The notes under the pieces: model-generated
What the model was told of the DNA's origin: nothing
Database searches by the model: none
What the model saw: only the letters and a program-made list of their open reading frames with translations
Position numbers and translations under genes: made by a program
Part shown: positions 1 to 9,180 of the stretch, piece by piece
How positions within the stretch are numbered: the stretch's first letter is position 1
How the letters are laid out: each line of letters begins with the position of its first letter
Source: Promethearchaeota archaeon
Lineage (GTDB): Archaea; Asgardarchaeota; Lokiarchaeia; Sigyniarchaeales; SOKP01
Assembly: GCA_019058015.1 (NCBI GenBank)
Contig: JAHLWH010000176.1
Location: 1-36,226, forward strand
Length of the DNA: 36,226 bases
Reading direction: 5' to 3'

Positions 1-241
1 CTGTTGATATTCTCTCTTTGGTATCGGGATCCAAACTGCCTAAATCTGAAAGGCTCGGATCAAAATATAATCTTAAATCACCGACATTAGGGTCAAAAAC
101 TCTTAAATCACTGTGATCAGGTTCAAATGGCTGGACTTCATCTAAATCTTCATTTGAATCCTCTTTTAAATCTTCACTTAGACCCTCATCTGAATCTTCT
201 TCTGAATCATTATCTTGAGTTTGTTCTCTTAATTGGGACAT
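1..241 (-). CDS. Partial CDS running off the window; acidic N-terminus followed by F(D/E)PxxxDL-type peptide repeats; function unknown
   Basis: Manual translation from ATG at 241: MSQLREQTQDNDSEEDSDEGLSEDLKEDSNEDLDEVQPFEPDHSDLRVFDPNVGDLRLYFDPSLSDLGSLDPDTKERIST..., open to the window edge. Confidence 0.75.
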   Translation of the reverse strand, partial: MSQLREQTQDNDSEEDSDEGLSEDLKEDSNEDLDEVQPFEPDHSDLRVFDPNVGDLRLYFDPSLSDLGSLDPDTKERIST

Positions 242-246
242 GTCTC

Positions 247-354
247 TTAATTTTCTTTAATTGAATACGAATTTAACACTCGAATGCTTATTCGAGTTTG
301 CCAAATATCATACTCTTTTAGAGTTTTATTAATTTTTGATTCATTTTTTATCAT
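247..354 (-). CDS. Possible 35-aa small ORF directly upstream of the 1..241 gene
   Basis: AGGTGA SD-like motif 6 nt before ATG; MIKNESKINKTLKEYDIWQTRISIRVLNSYSIKEN*; stop lies 5 nt before the next ATG. Confidence 0.35.
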   Translation of the reverse strand: MIKNESKINKTLKEYDIWQTRISIRVLNSYSIKEN

Positions 355-816
355 TTTTCATCACCTATTGTATTTATAGTATCTCAATAAAACAATTATA
401 TTTAAAGGAAAAACCTTGTTTGAAATTTTTATTAATCATAAAAAGTTAAATATCTCTTAAAATTATTGAATCCTAAAGATAAGAAATATAATCTTGAATC
501 TTTATTGTCAAAATTACAGAGATTCTCGCACATGTGATTATTAAATTCGAAAAAGTCACAAAATCAAGAGATCCCTTAAATCTTACTCTAATAAATAAAA
601 TAGTAAAAAAGATTTTATATTTCAGTCAATTACATTAAAATTTTTACTGAGAAATTATAAAATATTTTGTAATTTTCATTTGCGATATTCTCTAAATCGT
701 TTGGGTGATAAATTTTGCAATTTTGCGGAAGAAATATAATTGAAGTTATATAATTTAAGTGAATAATCTCTCTTATTTAACCAAATACGCGTTTCTTTTT
801 TTTTAGTCATTTTGAC

Positions 817-1422
817 TTAAATTGATATTTGGTTAATTATTAATCCTGGAAATATGAGTTCAATAATTTTTTTGAAAGAATTAACAACTCCATCTCCCAA
901 AAGTGCTATTGTTTTAAAAAAGGCAAATGATTTATATTTTTCAAAACGAATTTTCTCTAAAAACTCATAAAAATTAAATTTCCTTAATAAATCTTGTTTG
1001 TTGAAATTGCATACAATGGGCATTTTCAACAGTTTTTCACCATATAAACTGGCTAATTCTCTCCATGAAATCAAATTTCTATTAAAACTGTCTAAATTCG
1101 AATCAGCAACAAAAATGATTCCATCAGTCCCGATCATTGTCGTAGGGCGAGTGATCGCGTAGTAATCTTGACCTGTTGTGGAATAAATCAAGAATTTAAC
1201 ATCCCACTTAATCCCTTTTAACTTTATTATTCCAAAATCAAAAAATAAAGTTCTTCCAGTAGTTGTATTAATGGATTTAATTTTATCTAATTTCCCAAAT
1301 TTTTGAAATAAATATTTTAAAGTTGTAGTCTTTCCACTTAATGCAGGACCATAAAAAACAATTTTTACATCTATTATTTTTTTTTTATTATCAAATTTCA
1401 TATTTATATCCTTTTTAACCAT
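817..1422 (-). CDS. MglA-like small GTPase (Ras superfamily)
   Basis: KIVFYGPALSGKTT P-loop, GRTLFFDF switch I typical of MglA, STTGQ in place of DxxGQ, NKQD G4; the start may be the second Met. Confidence 0.85.
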   Translation of the reverse strand: MVKKDINMKFDNKKKIIDVKIVFYGPALSGKTTTLKYLFQKFGKLDKIKSINTTTGRTLFFDFGIIKLKGIKWDVKFLIYSTTGQDYYAITRPTTMIGTDGIIFVADSNLDSFNRNLISWRELASLYGEKLLKMPIVCNFNKQDLLRKFNFYEFLEKIRFEKYKSFAFFKTIALLGDGVVNSFKKIIELIFPGLIINQISI

Positions 1423-1549
1423 GATTAATGTTTAATTTTGTTAAAAACGGTATTTTTTTTCAATAAAACTATATAAAATTATCTAATTTTTCTAAAATTA
1501 AAATTAATTAATTTATTAAAAATTTAAAAATAAGGGAAATAAAAGTATT

Positions 1550-1966
1550 TTAAGAAGAAATTTCCTTCAAAATTCGATCTAGCTCTTCCGACGTTGCTTG
1601 ATTTTTCGGAATTTTTTGTCTAATTATTCCATCAGCTACTTTTCTAGGAATAATATGTACATGAAAATGATTTATTTCCTGTCCAGCTGCTGTATGGCTA
1701 TTAACTAGGATGTTATATCCTCCAATATCTAATTTTTTCAAATAATTATTAGCCAAATCTTGAACTATATTGAAAATTTCACAAACTTCAGTTTTATCAA
1801 CATCTTCAAAATAATTTACGTGTGATTTAGGGACTACTATTGTATGGCCAGGAGACATTGGAAAAATATCCAGAAAAGCTAAAATTTTATCATTTTCAAA
1901 TACTTTTTTAGAAGATATATCCCCCCTAATAATTTTACAGAAAACACAGTTTTCATTCGATCCCAT
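1550..1966 (-). CDS. HIT (histidine triad) family nucleotide hydrolase
   Basis: CVFCKII N-terminus, PGHTIVVPK, HFHVHIIPR triad. Confidence 0.95.
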   Translation of the reverse strand: MGSNENCVFCKIIRGDISSKKVFENDKILAFLDIFPMSPGHTIVVPKSHVNYFEDVDKTEVCEIFNIVQDLANNYLKKLDIGGYNILVNSHTAAGQEINHFHVHIIPRKVADGIIRQKIPKNQATSEELDRILKEISS

Positions 1967-2141
1967 TTCTCTTTATCACATTTTTATTTTTTAATTATTA
2001 AGAAAAATATCAGAAAATTTAAATTATAAATTTTATTGAGTTTTACTTTTCTTATTTTTTTTTTATACCATTTCCTTTTTATATTCCTATAAACTATAAG
2101 CCTATTATGATTTAAAAAAAGTAGGAAATTCTCTTATAATT

Positions 2142-2951
2142 ATGCTATTAAGTCAAATAACTGATTTTTTAGAGAAAAAAATTGCACCAAAATCTTTTGC
2201 TTTTATAAATGATATTCATGGAATTCAATTTGGGCCAAAATTTGAAGATAGAAATATAAAAAAAATTATGATTACCTTAGATCCTTCTCTAAACGCAATA
2301 ATAGAAGGTGTAAAACAAAAGGTTTCTTTGATTATTTCCCATCATGGATTAATTCATACTCCCACAAAACATTTTCACGAAAATCTTATAAAAAAATTTT
2401 ACTTATTATCAAGCGCCCGTATTATCCTTTTTGTTATAAATACAGCATTTGAAGCAGCTCAAAACGGAATTTCAGAAATTATTGCAAATAGGTTATCATT
2501 AAAAATCGAAAATTTGTTTGAATTAAAAGATACATCTGGCAAAGAAATCCCTTTAGGCCGAATTTGTACACCTGAAAGATATCTTAATAATACAAAACCT
2601 TTCTTGTTGGAAGATTTGATAAATCGAATTAAAAAAAATCTAAATTTGAGATATATAAAATATATTGGCGAATTAGATGATGAGATAAATAAAATTTGTA
2701 TAATTGAAAATGTTTCAATGAATTCATTATTAAATGCATTAAAACTTAATTGTGATTGTATGTTAACAAGAGATACCCAATATGAAACAGCATTAATCGC
2801 TAGAGATTTAAATTTAGACCTAATATTAACCCCTCATTTTAATAGCGAGATTATTGGAATGAAAGAGCTGTATAAAATTCTTTCAATTGAATTTCCCCGA
2901 GATTTTTTCATTTTTTTTGATTCAAATGATCCATTTTCTTATGCAATCTAA
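2142..2951 (+). CDS. NIF3/YbgI-like dinuclear metal-centre protein
   Basis: IMITLD, LIISHHGL, LGRI and C-terminal H-x-x-SE; the usual HTxxD motif reads NTAFE. Confidence 0.85.
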   Translation: MLLSQITDFLEKKIAPKSFAFINDIHGIQFGPKFEDRNIKKIMITLDPSLNAIIEGVKQKVSLIISHHGLIHTPTKHFHENLIKKFYLLSSARIILFVINTAFEAAQNGISEIIANRLSLKIENLFELKDTSGKEIPLGRICTPERYLNNTKPFLLEDLINRIKKNLNLRYIKYIGELDDEINKICIIENVSMNSLLNALKLNCDCMLTRDTQYETALIARDLNLDLILTPHFNSEIIGMKELYKILSIEFPRDFFIFFDSNDPFSYAI

Positions 2952-3071
2952 GGTTTTTATCTTTTTGATTTTAAAGACCCCAATTTTAAGAATAAATATT
3001 AAAAAGATATAAAGGAGAATATAATATATAAGAATTCTAAAAATTATTTTTAAGAAAAATAATTAATAATT

Positions 3072-3653
3072 ATGCCAATAATTGAATATAATGGTAAAAA
3101 ACCCCAAATAAGTGAAAATGCTTATGTCTCTCCAAATAGTGTTCTAATCGGCGATATCGAGGTACAGGACAATGCTGTAATCTGGCCCGGCTCGTATATC
3201 AGAGCAGAAAATGCCCAAATAAGCATCGGCCAATATTCAACAATTTTTAATAATGTGGCTTTAATTACTAGGACGCACCAATCTCCAATAAATATAGGAA
3301 ATTTCTGTATAATTGAAACTGGAGTTTTAATTTTTGGATGCTTTTTCGCAGACTATATTCAAGTATTAGCCGGAACAATTATTTATGAAGGGGTTTCTAT
3401 AGGTGAAGGCGCAATTATACTTGAGAAAAGTCAAATTCCTTCTGGCTTAACGGTTCAAGAGAGAGCAATAATGAAAGGAATACCTGTAGAAAAAATAAGA
3501 GAACAAAGTAGAAATGATTTATTAAAGGTAAAAGAACGTGCAGAACATTACTCACAATTGTTTATAAAAATAAAAAACCAATTACCAAATATTCAGAGTT
3601 ATGTATTAACTTTATCTGATTTTATGAAAATATTAATCGATAAAATAAAATAA
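3072..3653 (+). CDS. Left-handed beta-helix (hexapeptide repeat) gamma-carbonic-anhydrase-like protein lacking the Zn-binding His residues
   Basis: YNGKKPQISENAYVSPNSVLIGDI N-terminus typical of the YrdA/PaaY family; hexapeptide repeats; the His positions are replaced (ALITR, IIETG, LIFGC). Confidence 0.85.
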   Translation: MPIIEYNGKKPQISENAYVSPNSVLIGDIEVQDNAVIWPGSYIRAENAQISIGQYSTIFNNVALITRTHQSPINIGNFCIIETGVLIFGCFFADYIQVLAGTIIYEGVSIGEGAIILEKSQIPSGLTVQERAIMKGIPVEKIREQSRNDLLKVKERAEHYSQLFIKIKNQLPNIQSYVLTLSDFMKILIDKIK

Positions 3654-3734
3654 CAAATTAATCATAAATAAAAAAAAAATATATTTTTCCAAAAACATTG
3701 GTTTTTGATAACTTCTTATTTTATTCTTCAATTA

Positions 3735-4640
3735 TTATTGTTTATTGTAATTAAGCTTATTTGAAAGTTCTTTATATCTGGAACGTAGTGTAACCTCTGT
3801 AACACCAATAATTGTTGCAATTTTCTTTTGTGAGACCTTTATATTTTTTAATTTACATATTAAATATAATGCCCCTGCACATAATCCCTTAGGATCTTTT
3901 CCACTTGTTGAAAAATTTTTAATAAATTTTTTTAATAATTCGATTGTATCTTTCTCAACTTTTTGGGAAAGTCCAAGATCTGTAACGTATCGTGGAATTA
4001 GTAAAATTGGGTTTGTCGAAGGAACTTTAAGATTTAATTCTCTAACAAGAGTTCTATAACATCTTCTAACATCTCTTGGCTTTACATTGGTTTGATCTAT
4101 AATTTCTTGAAGTGTCCTGGGAATTTTTTCTTTTCTACAGGAATAATATAAACTTGCTGATACCATCCCATTGATGGATCTACCTCGTAATAATTTTTTA
4201 TTAAAAGCGTGTTTATATATTTTTATAGCTAATTCTTTAACATGATTAGGTAAATTTAAATTACTTGCAATTCTTTTTAATTCCGTTGTGGCTAATAACA
4301 TATTCCGCTTGTCCCAAGTCATCCGAGTATTCCATTTTGCAGCCCTTTTAAGATTGGGATCATTTAAATTCTTTTTATCTATTACAGTACTTAATCCCAT
4401 ATCTGGTAATAATAAAGTAATTGGAGATCCAGTACTCTCTCGTTTTTCTTTCTCTTGTTGAGTAAAGGCTCTTTTCCCATTATGAGCAGTATCAATTATA
4501 TGTTCACTTATTACTAAACCACATCCTTCACAAACTAATTCTCCTCTTTCTGGTTGTGAAATAATTTCACTTCCACATTCGGGACATTGATTTGAAAACT
4601 TAATTTCTTTCTTACTGATCAAATTTTTAATATCATCCAT
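3735..4640 (-). CDS. tfb: Transcription initiation factor IIB (TFB)
   Basis: Zn ribbon CPECG...CEGCG, B-reader RAFT...R..G, GRS and GKDP cyclin repeats, C-terminal GVTEVTLRSRYKEL. Confidence 0.97.
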   Translation of the reverse strand: MDDIKNLISKKEIKFSNQCPECGSEIISQPERGELVCEGCGLVISEHIIDTAHNGKRAFTQQEKEKRESTGSPITLLLPDMGLSTVIDKKNLNDPNLKRAAKWNTRMTWDKRNMLLATTELKRIASNLNLPNHVKELAIKIYKHAFNKKLLRGRSINGMVSASLYYSCRKEKIPRTLQEIIDQTNVKPRDVRRCYRTLVRELNLKVPSTNPILLIPRYVTDLGLSQKVEKDTIELLKKFIKNFSTSGKDPKGLCAGALYLICKLKNIKVSQKKIATIIGVTEVTLRSRYKELSNKLNYNKQ

Positions 4641-4932
4641 TTTTTTTATTTTATTTTTTTTTATTTTATAAATTATACTATAAATACAACAGAACCGATT
4701 TCCTAACCCAAATCCCTAAAAAATCGTAAATTTATATTATAATGATTTTGTCAGTGAATCCCTTATAAGCGTAATTAAATTAAAGCGTAGAAAATGCTTA
4801 GTTGTACCCTATATATAACCAATCTCTCTATTGTAAACTTAAATATTTACCTTTAACTATTTAAATGTTTCGTTTTCAAATTTTTTAGGAACTTTATGAG
4901 AATTAATTAAATCGATTTAAAATCCATTTAAA

Positions 4933-6102
4933 TTATTTTATTTCTCCAAATATAACATCAATCATTGTTTTTAATTGAGATGTCTGCATTATTGAATAAA
5001 AAAATCTTATATTATTAGGGTATTTTATAGCAAATTTTGATTCTTTTAAAATTTCTAAATCTAATAGGTTTTGAAGTATTTGATTAAATTCACTAGAATT
5101 TTTTTCAAATTCTAACGTCTCACATGATATCTCATATAATTCTTTTAATTTAACTAAATCAATGTAATAATTATATTCATTTGAAAAGTAATTTACTAAA
5201 TTATCCAAAAAGATGTCTATTAAAATATCTGCTTCCGTTAGATATGATATTATCTCAAATTCGTCTAAGGAAAAAGAATCAAATTGCATTAAACATTGTT
5301 CTCGTAAATGATCAGATGTAATAGATCCATTTTTTTTTTTAATGATTGGATAAATTTCTCTCATCAATTCTATGCATTTGCCTGGTCTTAAGTAATCATA
5401 TTCCGCAACTAGATCAACCATTAAATTTGAAAGAGAATCATCAATATTAAAGGGGTAAGTTAAAGCAAATCTTTGTTTAATTATATCAGATAATTGCGAT
5501 GGATTATATAAATCAATCCTTTTCTTAACATCAAATTCAGAAAGAAAATTTAATTCTGGATTGATGGAAATCTTGTTAATTGTTGATATTATTGAAATTT
5601 TCATCTCTTTACCAAATCTTAAAAATTTTTTAAAAATTTTGGGATCTATTTCCTCAATATTATGAAATACAAGAAATTTAAAAGTATTACATTTTTTACA
5701 AGCAAGTTTTAAAATGTTCCAAAGCCTTGGAATAGTCAAATTTAACAAGAAATTAATATTCAATTTCATTTCTTCTGTCTTTTCTAAGTTTAAAATCAAT
5801 GAAATTATTATTTCTTCTAAATTTTTCCCTTCACAATTAATAAATAATTTTAAAATATCTTTTCCGTTATCTTTGCTTTTTATTTTTAAATCTGATATCG
5901 TTTTATTGATTAAAACAGTTTTTCCAACCCCTTTTATTCCTTTAATTAAAATATTAGCCCCAAAATTATCTAAAAATGAGTCTTTTAAAATTGTACTAAG
6001 CATTTCTTCCTCAGATTTTCTATGCAATAATGCAGGAGGAATAAAATATGGATCAAATATAGCTTTAGGACCAAAATAAGTAGGTTTTATTTGGGATGCC
6101 AT
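4933..6102 (-). CDS. Divergent Orc1/Cdc6-like AAA+ protein with probable C-terminal winged helix
   Basis: FDPYFIPPALLHR N-terminus, Walker A GIKGVGKT, FINC, YxxxQLxDIIxQR; Walker B degenerate. Confidence 0.8.
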   Translation of the reverse strand: MASQIKPTYFGPKAIFDPYFIPPALLHRKSEEEMLSTILKDSFLDNFGANILIKGIKGVGKTVLINKTISDLKIKSKDNGKDILKLFINCEGKNLEEIIISLILNLEKTEEMKLNINFLLNLTIPRLWNILKLACKKCNTFKFLVFHNIEEIDPKIFKKFLRFGKEMKISIISTINKISINPELNFLSEFDVKKRIDLYNPSQLSDIIKQRFALTYPFNIDDSLSNLMVDLVAEYDYLRPGKCIELMREIYPIIKKKNGSITSDHLREQCLMQFDSFSLDEFEIISYLTEADILIDIFLDNLVNYFSNEYNYYIDLVKLKELYEISCETLEFEKNSSEFNQILQNLLDLEILKESKFAIKYPNNIRFFYSIMQTSQLKTMIDVIFGEIK

Positions 6103-6538
6103 TTTTTTAACTCTTTTATTTTTTATTTTTTATTTACTCTCTCTCTCTGTATTTTTTACTTTTAATTTACTCTCTGTCTTTATAAAGTCCTAAATTTTTT
6201 TTAAAAAATAAAACTAAGCTCCATTTGAATTAGTTTATTAATCTTTATATTCTTGGATTATTTTTATTAAAATAATCAAATAATTCTGAGATATGTAGAA
6301 TTCGATTGAATTTTCTAAGATATATCTCAATATTTCTATTTTAAGAAGTAAATATTACGAAAGGTAATTTTATAATTTTGGTTGGATTATTTTATGCAAA
6401 ACATATATATACAAAGAAGGTAATCGAAATTATGATAACTCTCTTTTTTCTGGCTATATTCTTAGAAATCATTATATTAATAATATAAAGTAAGATGATT
6501 GATAAGATTATTAGAATTGTTCAGCCTATAAAAAATTT

Positions 6539-7282
6539 TTATCTTTCAATTTCATTTTTAATAGTTTTATTTAATTCAATGTTTAATAGCCTTATAGGTT
6601 CAGGGATTCGATATTTTAATAAATTTGATATAATTTTCATAGCGAAATTTAAACTAATATTATTACCAACAGAAATATAAATGCCATTTTTTAGATTTTT
6701 AATTAATAAATATTTTCCAACTAATTTGTTTTTAAATACTATATCTCCTACAATCTTAGATTTATTTAATTCTTTTAAATTAATTGGTATACTACTCTTA
6801 CAAAGATTATTTTTAGATACTCCAATAACTGGAATCTCTTCTTTTAACTTTAAGCCAAAATCAGATGCAACTCCAAATAGAAAAGGATGCAATTGACCAC
6901 TTGCATTTAATAAATAACAATCCGGATTAAATTTAATCTGTTCAGCTAAATTCAAATAAATTTCCAGATCTCTCAAAAATAAAAGAGTGGGAAAATAAGG
7001 AATGGTTTGTTTATATTTTCTTATCTTAAAATTTTTGTCCTTCTGGTTTTTAATATCATAAAGTATTGATCCAGCGTAAGCAACATTATTATAATATTTA
7101 ATTTTCAGACAAGCAATTAAATTAATTTTATTTTTTAGATTTGTTGTCTTAATTCTTTTAGCACTTAATTTTTGATATTCTCTTATTTCTTCTAAACTCG
7201 AAAAGTGTGTCTCCTTTAAATAAGGCTGGAAGCATTCCGGGCATACATACTTATAGGACAAATTATGTTTTTTACATTTCAT
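6539..7282 (-). CDS. Endonuclease V-like protein with an N-terminal Cys/His zinc-finger-like motif; probably inactive
   Basis: PYFP, GxLHP..FGVAS, PVIGVSK, IYISVG and RIPEPIR are EndoV motifs; N-terminus CKKH-x7-CPEC. Confidence 0.85.
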   Translation of the reverse strand: MKCKKHNLSYKYVCPECFQPYLKETHFSSLEEIREYQKLSAKRIKTTNLKNKINLIACLKIKYYNNVAYAGSILYDIKNQKDKNFKIRKYKQTIPYFPTLLFLRDLEIYLNLAEQIKFNPDCYLLNASGQLHPFLFGVASDFGLKLKEEIPVIGVSKNNLCKSSIPINLKELNKSKIVGDIVFKNKLVGKYLLIKNLKNGIYISVGNNISLNFAMKIISNLLKYRIPEPIRLLNIELNKTIKNEIER

Positions 7283-7332
7283 TGAAAGTTTCTAATAATA
7301 TTTCCAAATTTTTCGGCTAATAAACTTTAGTT

Positions 7333-8148
7333 TTACTTTTTTAATTTAATATTCTCCATACTTATTGCTTCTTTAAATCTTTTCTTTCTAAGTTTATTTG
7401 GAAATTTTAAATCAATATTATCAAATAAAATAGCATGTTTATTTAATGGAGCTTCAAGAATTTTTAATTTAGATGGTGAATAAAAACCTTTTACAAAAGA
7501 AATTATTTTACTATTGCCAGGAAATGTTCGGTCTTTTAAAATTCCAAAGGAGTTGCACGCTGCTATTGGAACTCTGTTTTCTAGAGATTTCGCTCTTAAA
7601 TAAACACCCCAATTCTCTAATCCTTCTTCTCTAATTAATGTAGGAGATATCAAAAATTCAGCACCATTCCTAACTGCAAAACGGGGGGTTTCAAACACCA
7701 TATCAAAACAAATCAAAATTGAAAATAGGTGTCCATTTAGACTAAATAAATTTAGAGTATCTCCAGGTTCAAAAAAAAATTTTTCATAACGATATAGGTG
7801 AATTTTATCTTGACGTCCAATTTCTTCACCATCTTTATTAAAAAAATAACATGTTATATAATTTTTATTTGAATTTTCCCTTTTTTCCCAAATACCTCCT
7901 GAAAGGATGTTAATATGACATTTTTTTGCAATTTTTTTAATGAATTGATAATGAGTTCCCCTCTCCTCTTGAATATTTTTTTCAAGATTTGGATTCATCT
8001 TAATCCATCTTTCTGGTAAACAAACTAAATCACAGTTTTTTTCTATAAATGGAATGCTATTTATGAGATTTTGAATTTCAAAAAAACATTCCTTGTCTTT
8101 ATTAAACATTTCAGGTTGAATTAAAATAAGTTTCAAATTAATATCCAA
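7333..8148 (-). CDS. Carbon-nitrogen hydrolase (nitrilase superfamily)
   Basis: LVCLPE, DKIHL and ICFD (catalytic Lys/Cys region); ENRVPIAACN; TTG start. Confidence 0.92.
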   Translation of the reverse strand: MDINLKLILIQPEMFNKDKECFFEIQNLINSIPFIEKNCDLVCLPERWIKMNPNLEKNIQEERGTHYQFIKKIAKKCHINILSGGIWEKRENSNKNYITCYFFNKDGEEIGRQDKIHLYRYEKFFFEPGDTLNLFSLNGHLFSILICFDMVFETPRFAVRNGAEFLISPTLIREEGLENWGVYLRAKSLENRVPIAACNSFGILKDRTFPGNSKIISFVKGFYSPSKLKILEAPLNKHAILFDNIDLKFPNKLRKKRFKEAISMENIKLKK

Positions 8149-8153
8149 TCCGT

Positions 8154-8894
8154 TTATTTAGAATTAATTTCTTTAATAATTTTGTTTAATTCTAGAAGAG
8201 AATTTATTTCAAACTCAGGTTTTGTTCCATTAAGAATTTTCTCTCCCGTTGTTATGTTATTATATTTTCCTCCTCTATGAATATATACGCTGTTCATTCC
8301 ATTCATACGAGCTGGAACGAGATCTTTCTCTGGATTATCACCCACATAAATTGATTCTTCTCCTTTAATCCTAAATTTTTTCAAACAATATTCAAATAGC
8401 TTGGGATTTGGTTTTCTGATACCAATCTCATCCGAAATTACAATTAAATCAATTAAATCATCAATTCCCAATCTTAATATTTTTTCATATTGCTTAATTG
8501 GTATTCCATCAGAAATTATTGCGGTTTTTATGTCTAAATTCCTAATTTGCTTCAAACAAGGAATAACATCATTAAAAGGCTTAATTAATTCAATTTTTTG
8601 TTCGTGATATGCCATAACAGCAGCAGATACATATTTATTTTTTTGATTTGTTTTAATAAAATCAATTTGAGGTTCAAATCTATTAATACGCAGAATAAAT
8701 ATATCATAATGATGAGAATTATTTGTGCCATATTCTTTAACAATCTCATCTAAAATTGAAATTGCACTTTTTAATTCAATTTTTAAACCCTTTTTAATCA
8801 TAGCTTTTAAACCACTAATTCTAGATTCTCTCGCTAATTCTGTCGCATTATAAAGTGTATCGTCTAAATCGAATGCTATTACTTTTATTACCAC
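8154..8894 (-). CDS. HAD-superfamily hydrolase (subfamily IA, archaeal MJ1437-like)
   Basis: FDLDDTL, ISDG, KPNP, YVGDN..KD motifs. Confidence 0.95.
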   Translation of the reverse strand: MVIKVIAFDLDDTLYNATELARESRISGLKAMIKKGLKIELKSAISILDEIVKEYGTNNSHHYDIFILRINRFEPQIDFIKTNQKNKYVSAAVMAYHEQKIELIKPFNDVIPCLKQIRNLDIKTAIISDGIPIKQYEKILRLGIDDLIDLIVISDEIGIRKPNPKLFEYCLKKFRIKGEESIYVGDNPEKDLVPARMNGMNSVYIHRGGKYNNITTGEKILNGTKPEFEINSLLELNKIIKEINSK

Positions 8895-9180
8895 TATTTT
8901 TCACTTATCGGTAAATCATAAAAAAAAATTAATGAAAATATTTTTTAAACTTAAGAAAATAATTAAAATAAATCTTAATATATTTAATCGGCAGATATAA
9001 ATTAAAATTGATGTACATAATAAAATCCTATTTTGTATTTTAATGGTTTAGAGAGAGTCACATTTGAATATTTTTCAATCTTCAAAATATATATAAAGAA
9101 ATTATTAGAAAAATCAAACTAAAAAAAAACGATCTTCAATCTTGGATTTCACTAAAGAAAAGAACTATAGGAGGTAAAAT

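Noticed and set aside
367-816. Long intergenic region as an ncRNA or gene
   Set aside because: Only short imperfect stems, as expected in AT-rich DNA; no box motifs or convincing ORF.
6103-6538. Replication origin next to the cdc6-like gene
   Set aside because: AT-rich, with two TTTACTCTCT..GT direct repeats, but no recognisable ORB or G-string elements, and the Cdc6-like protein is degenerate.
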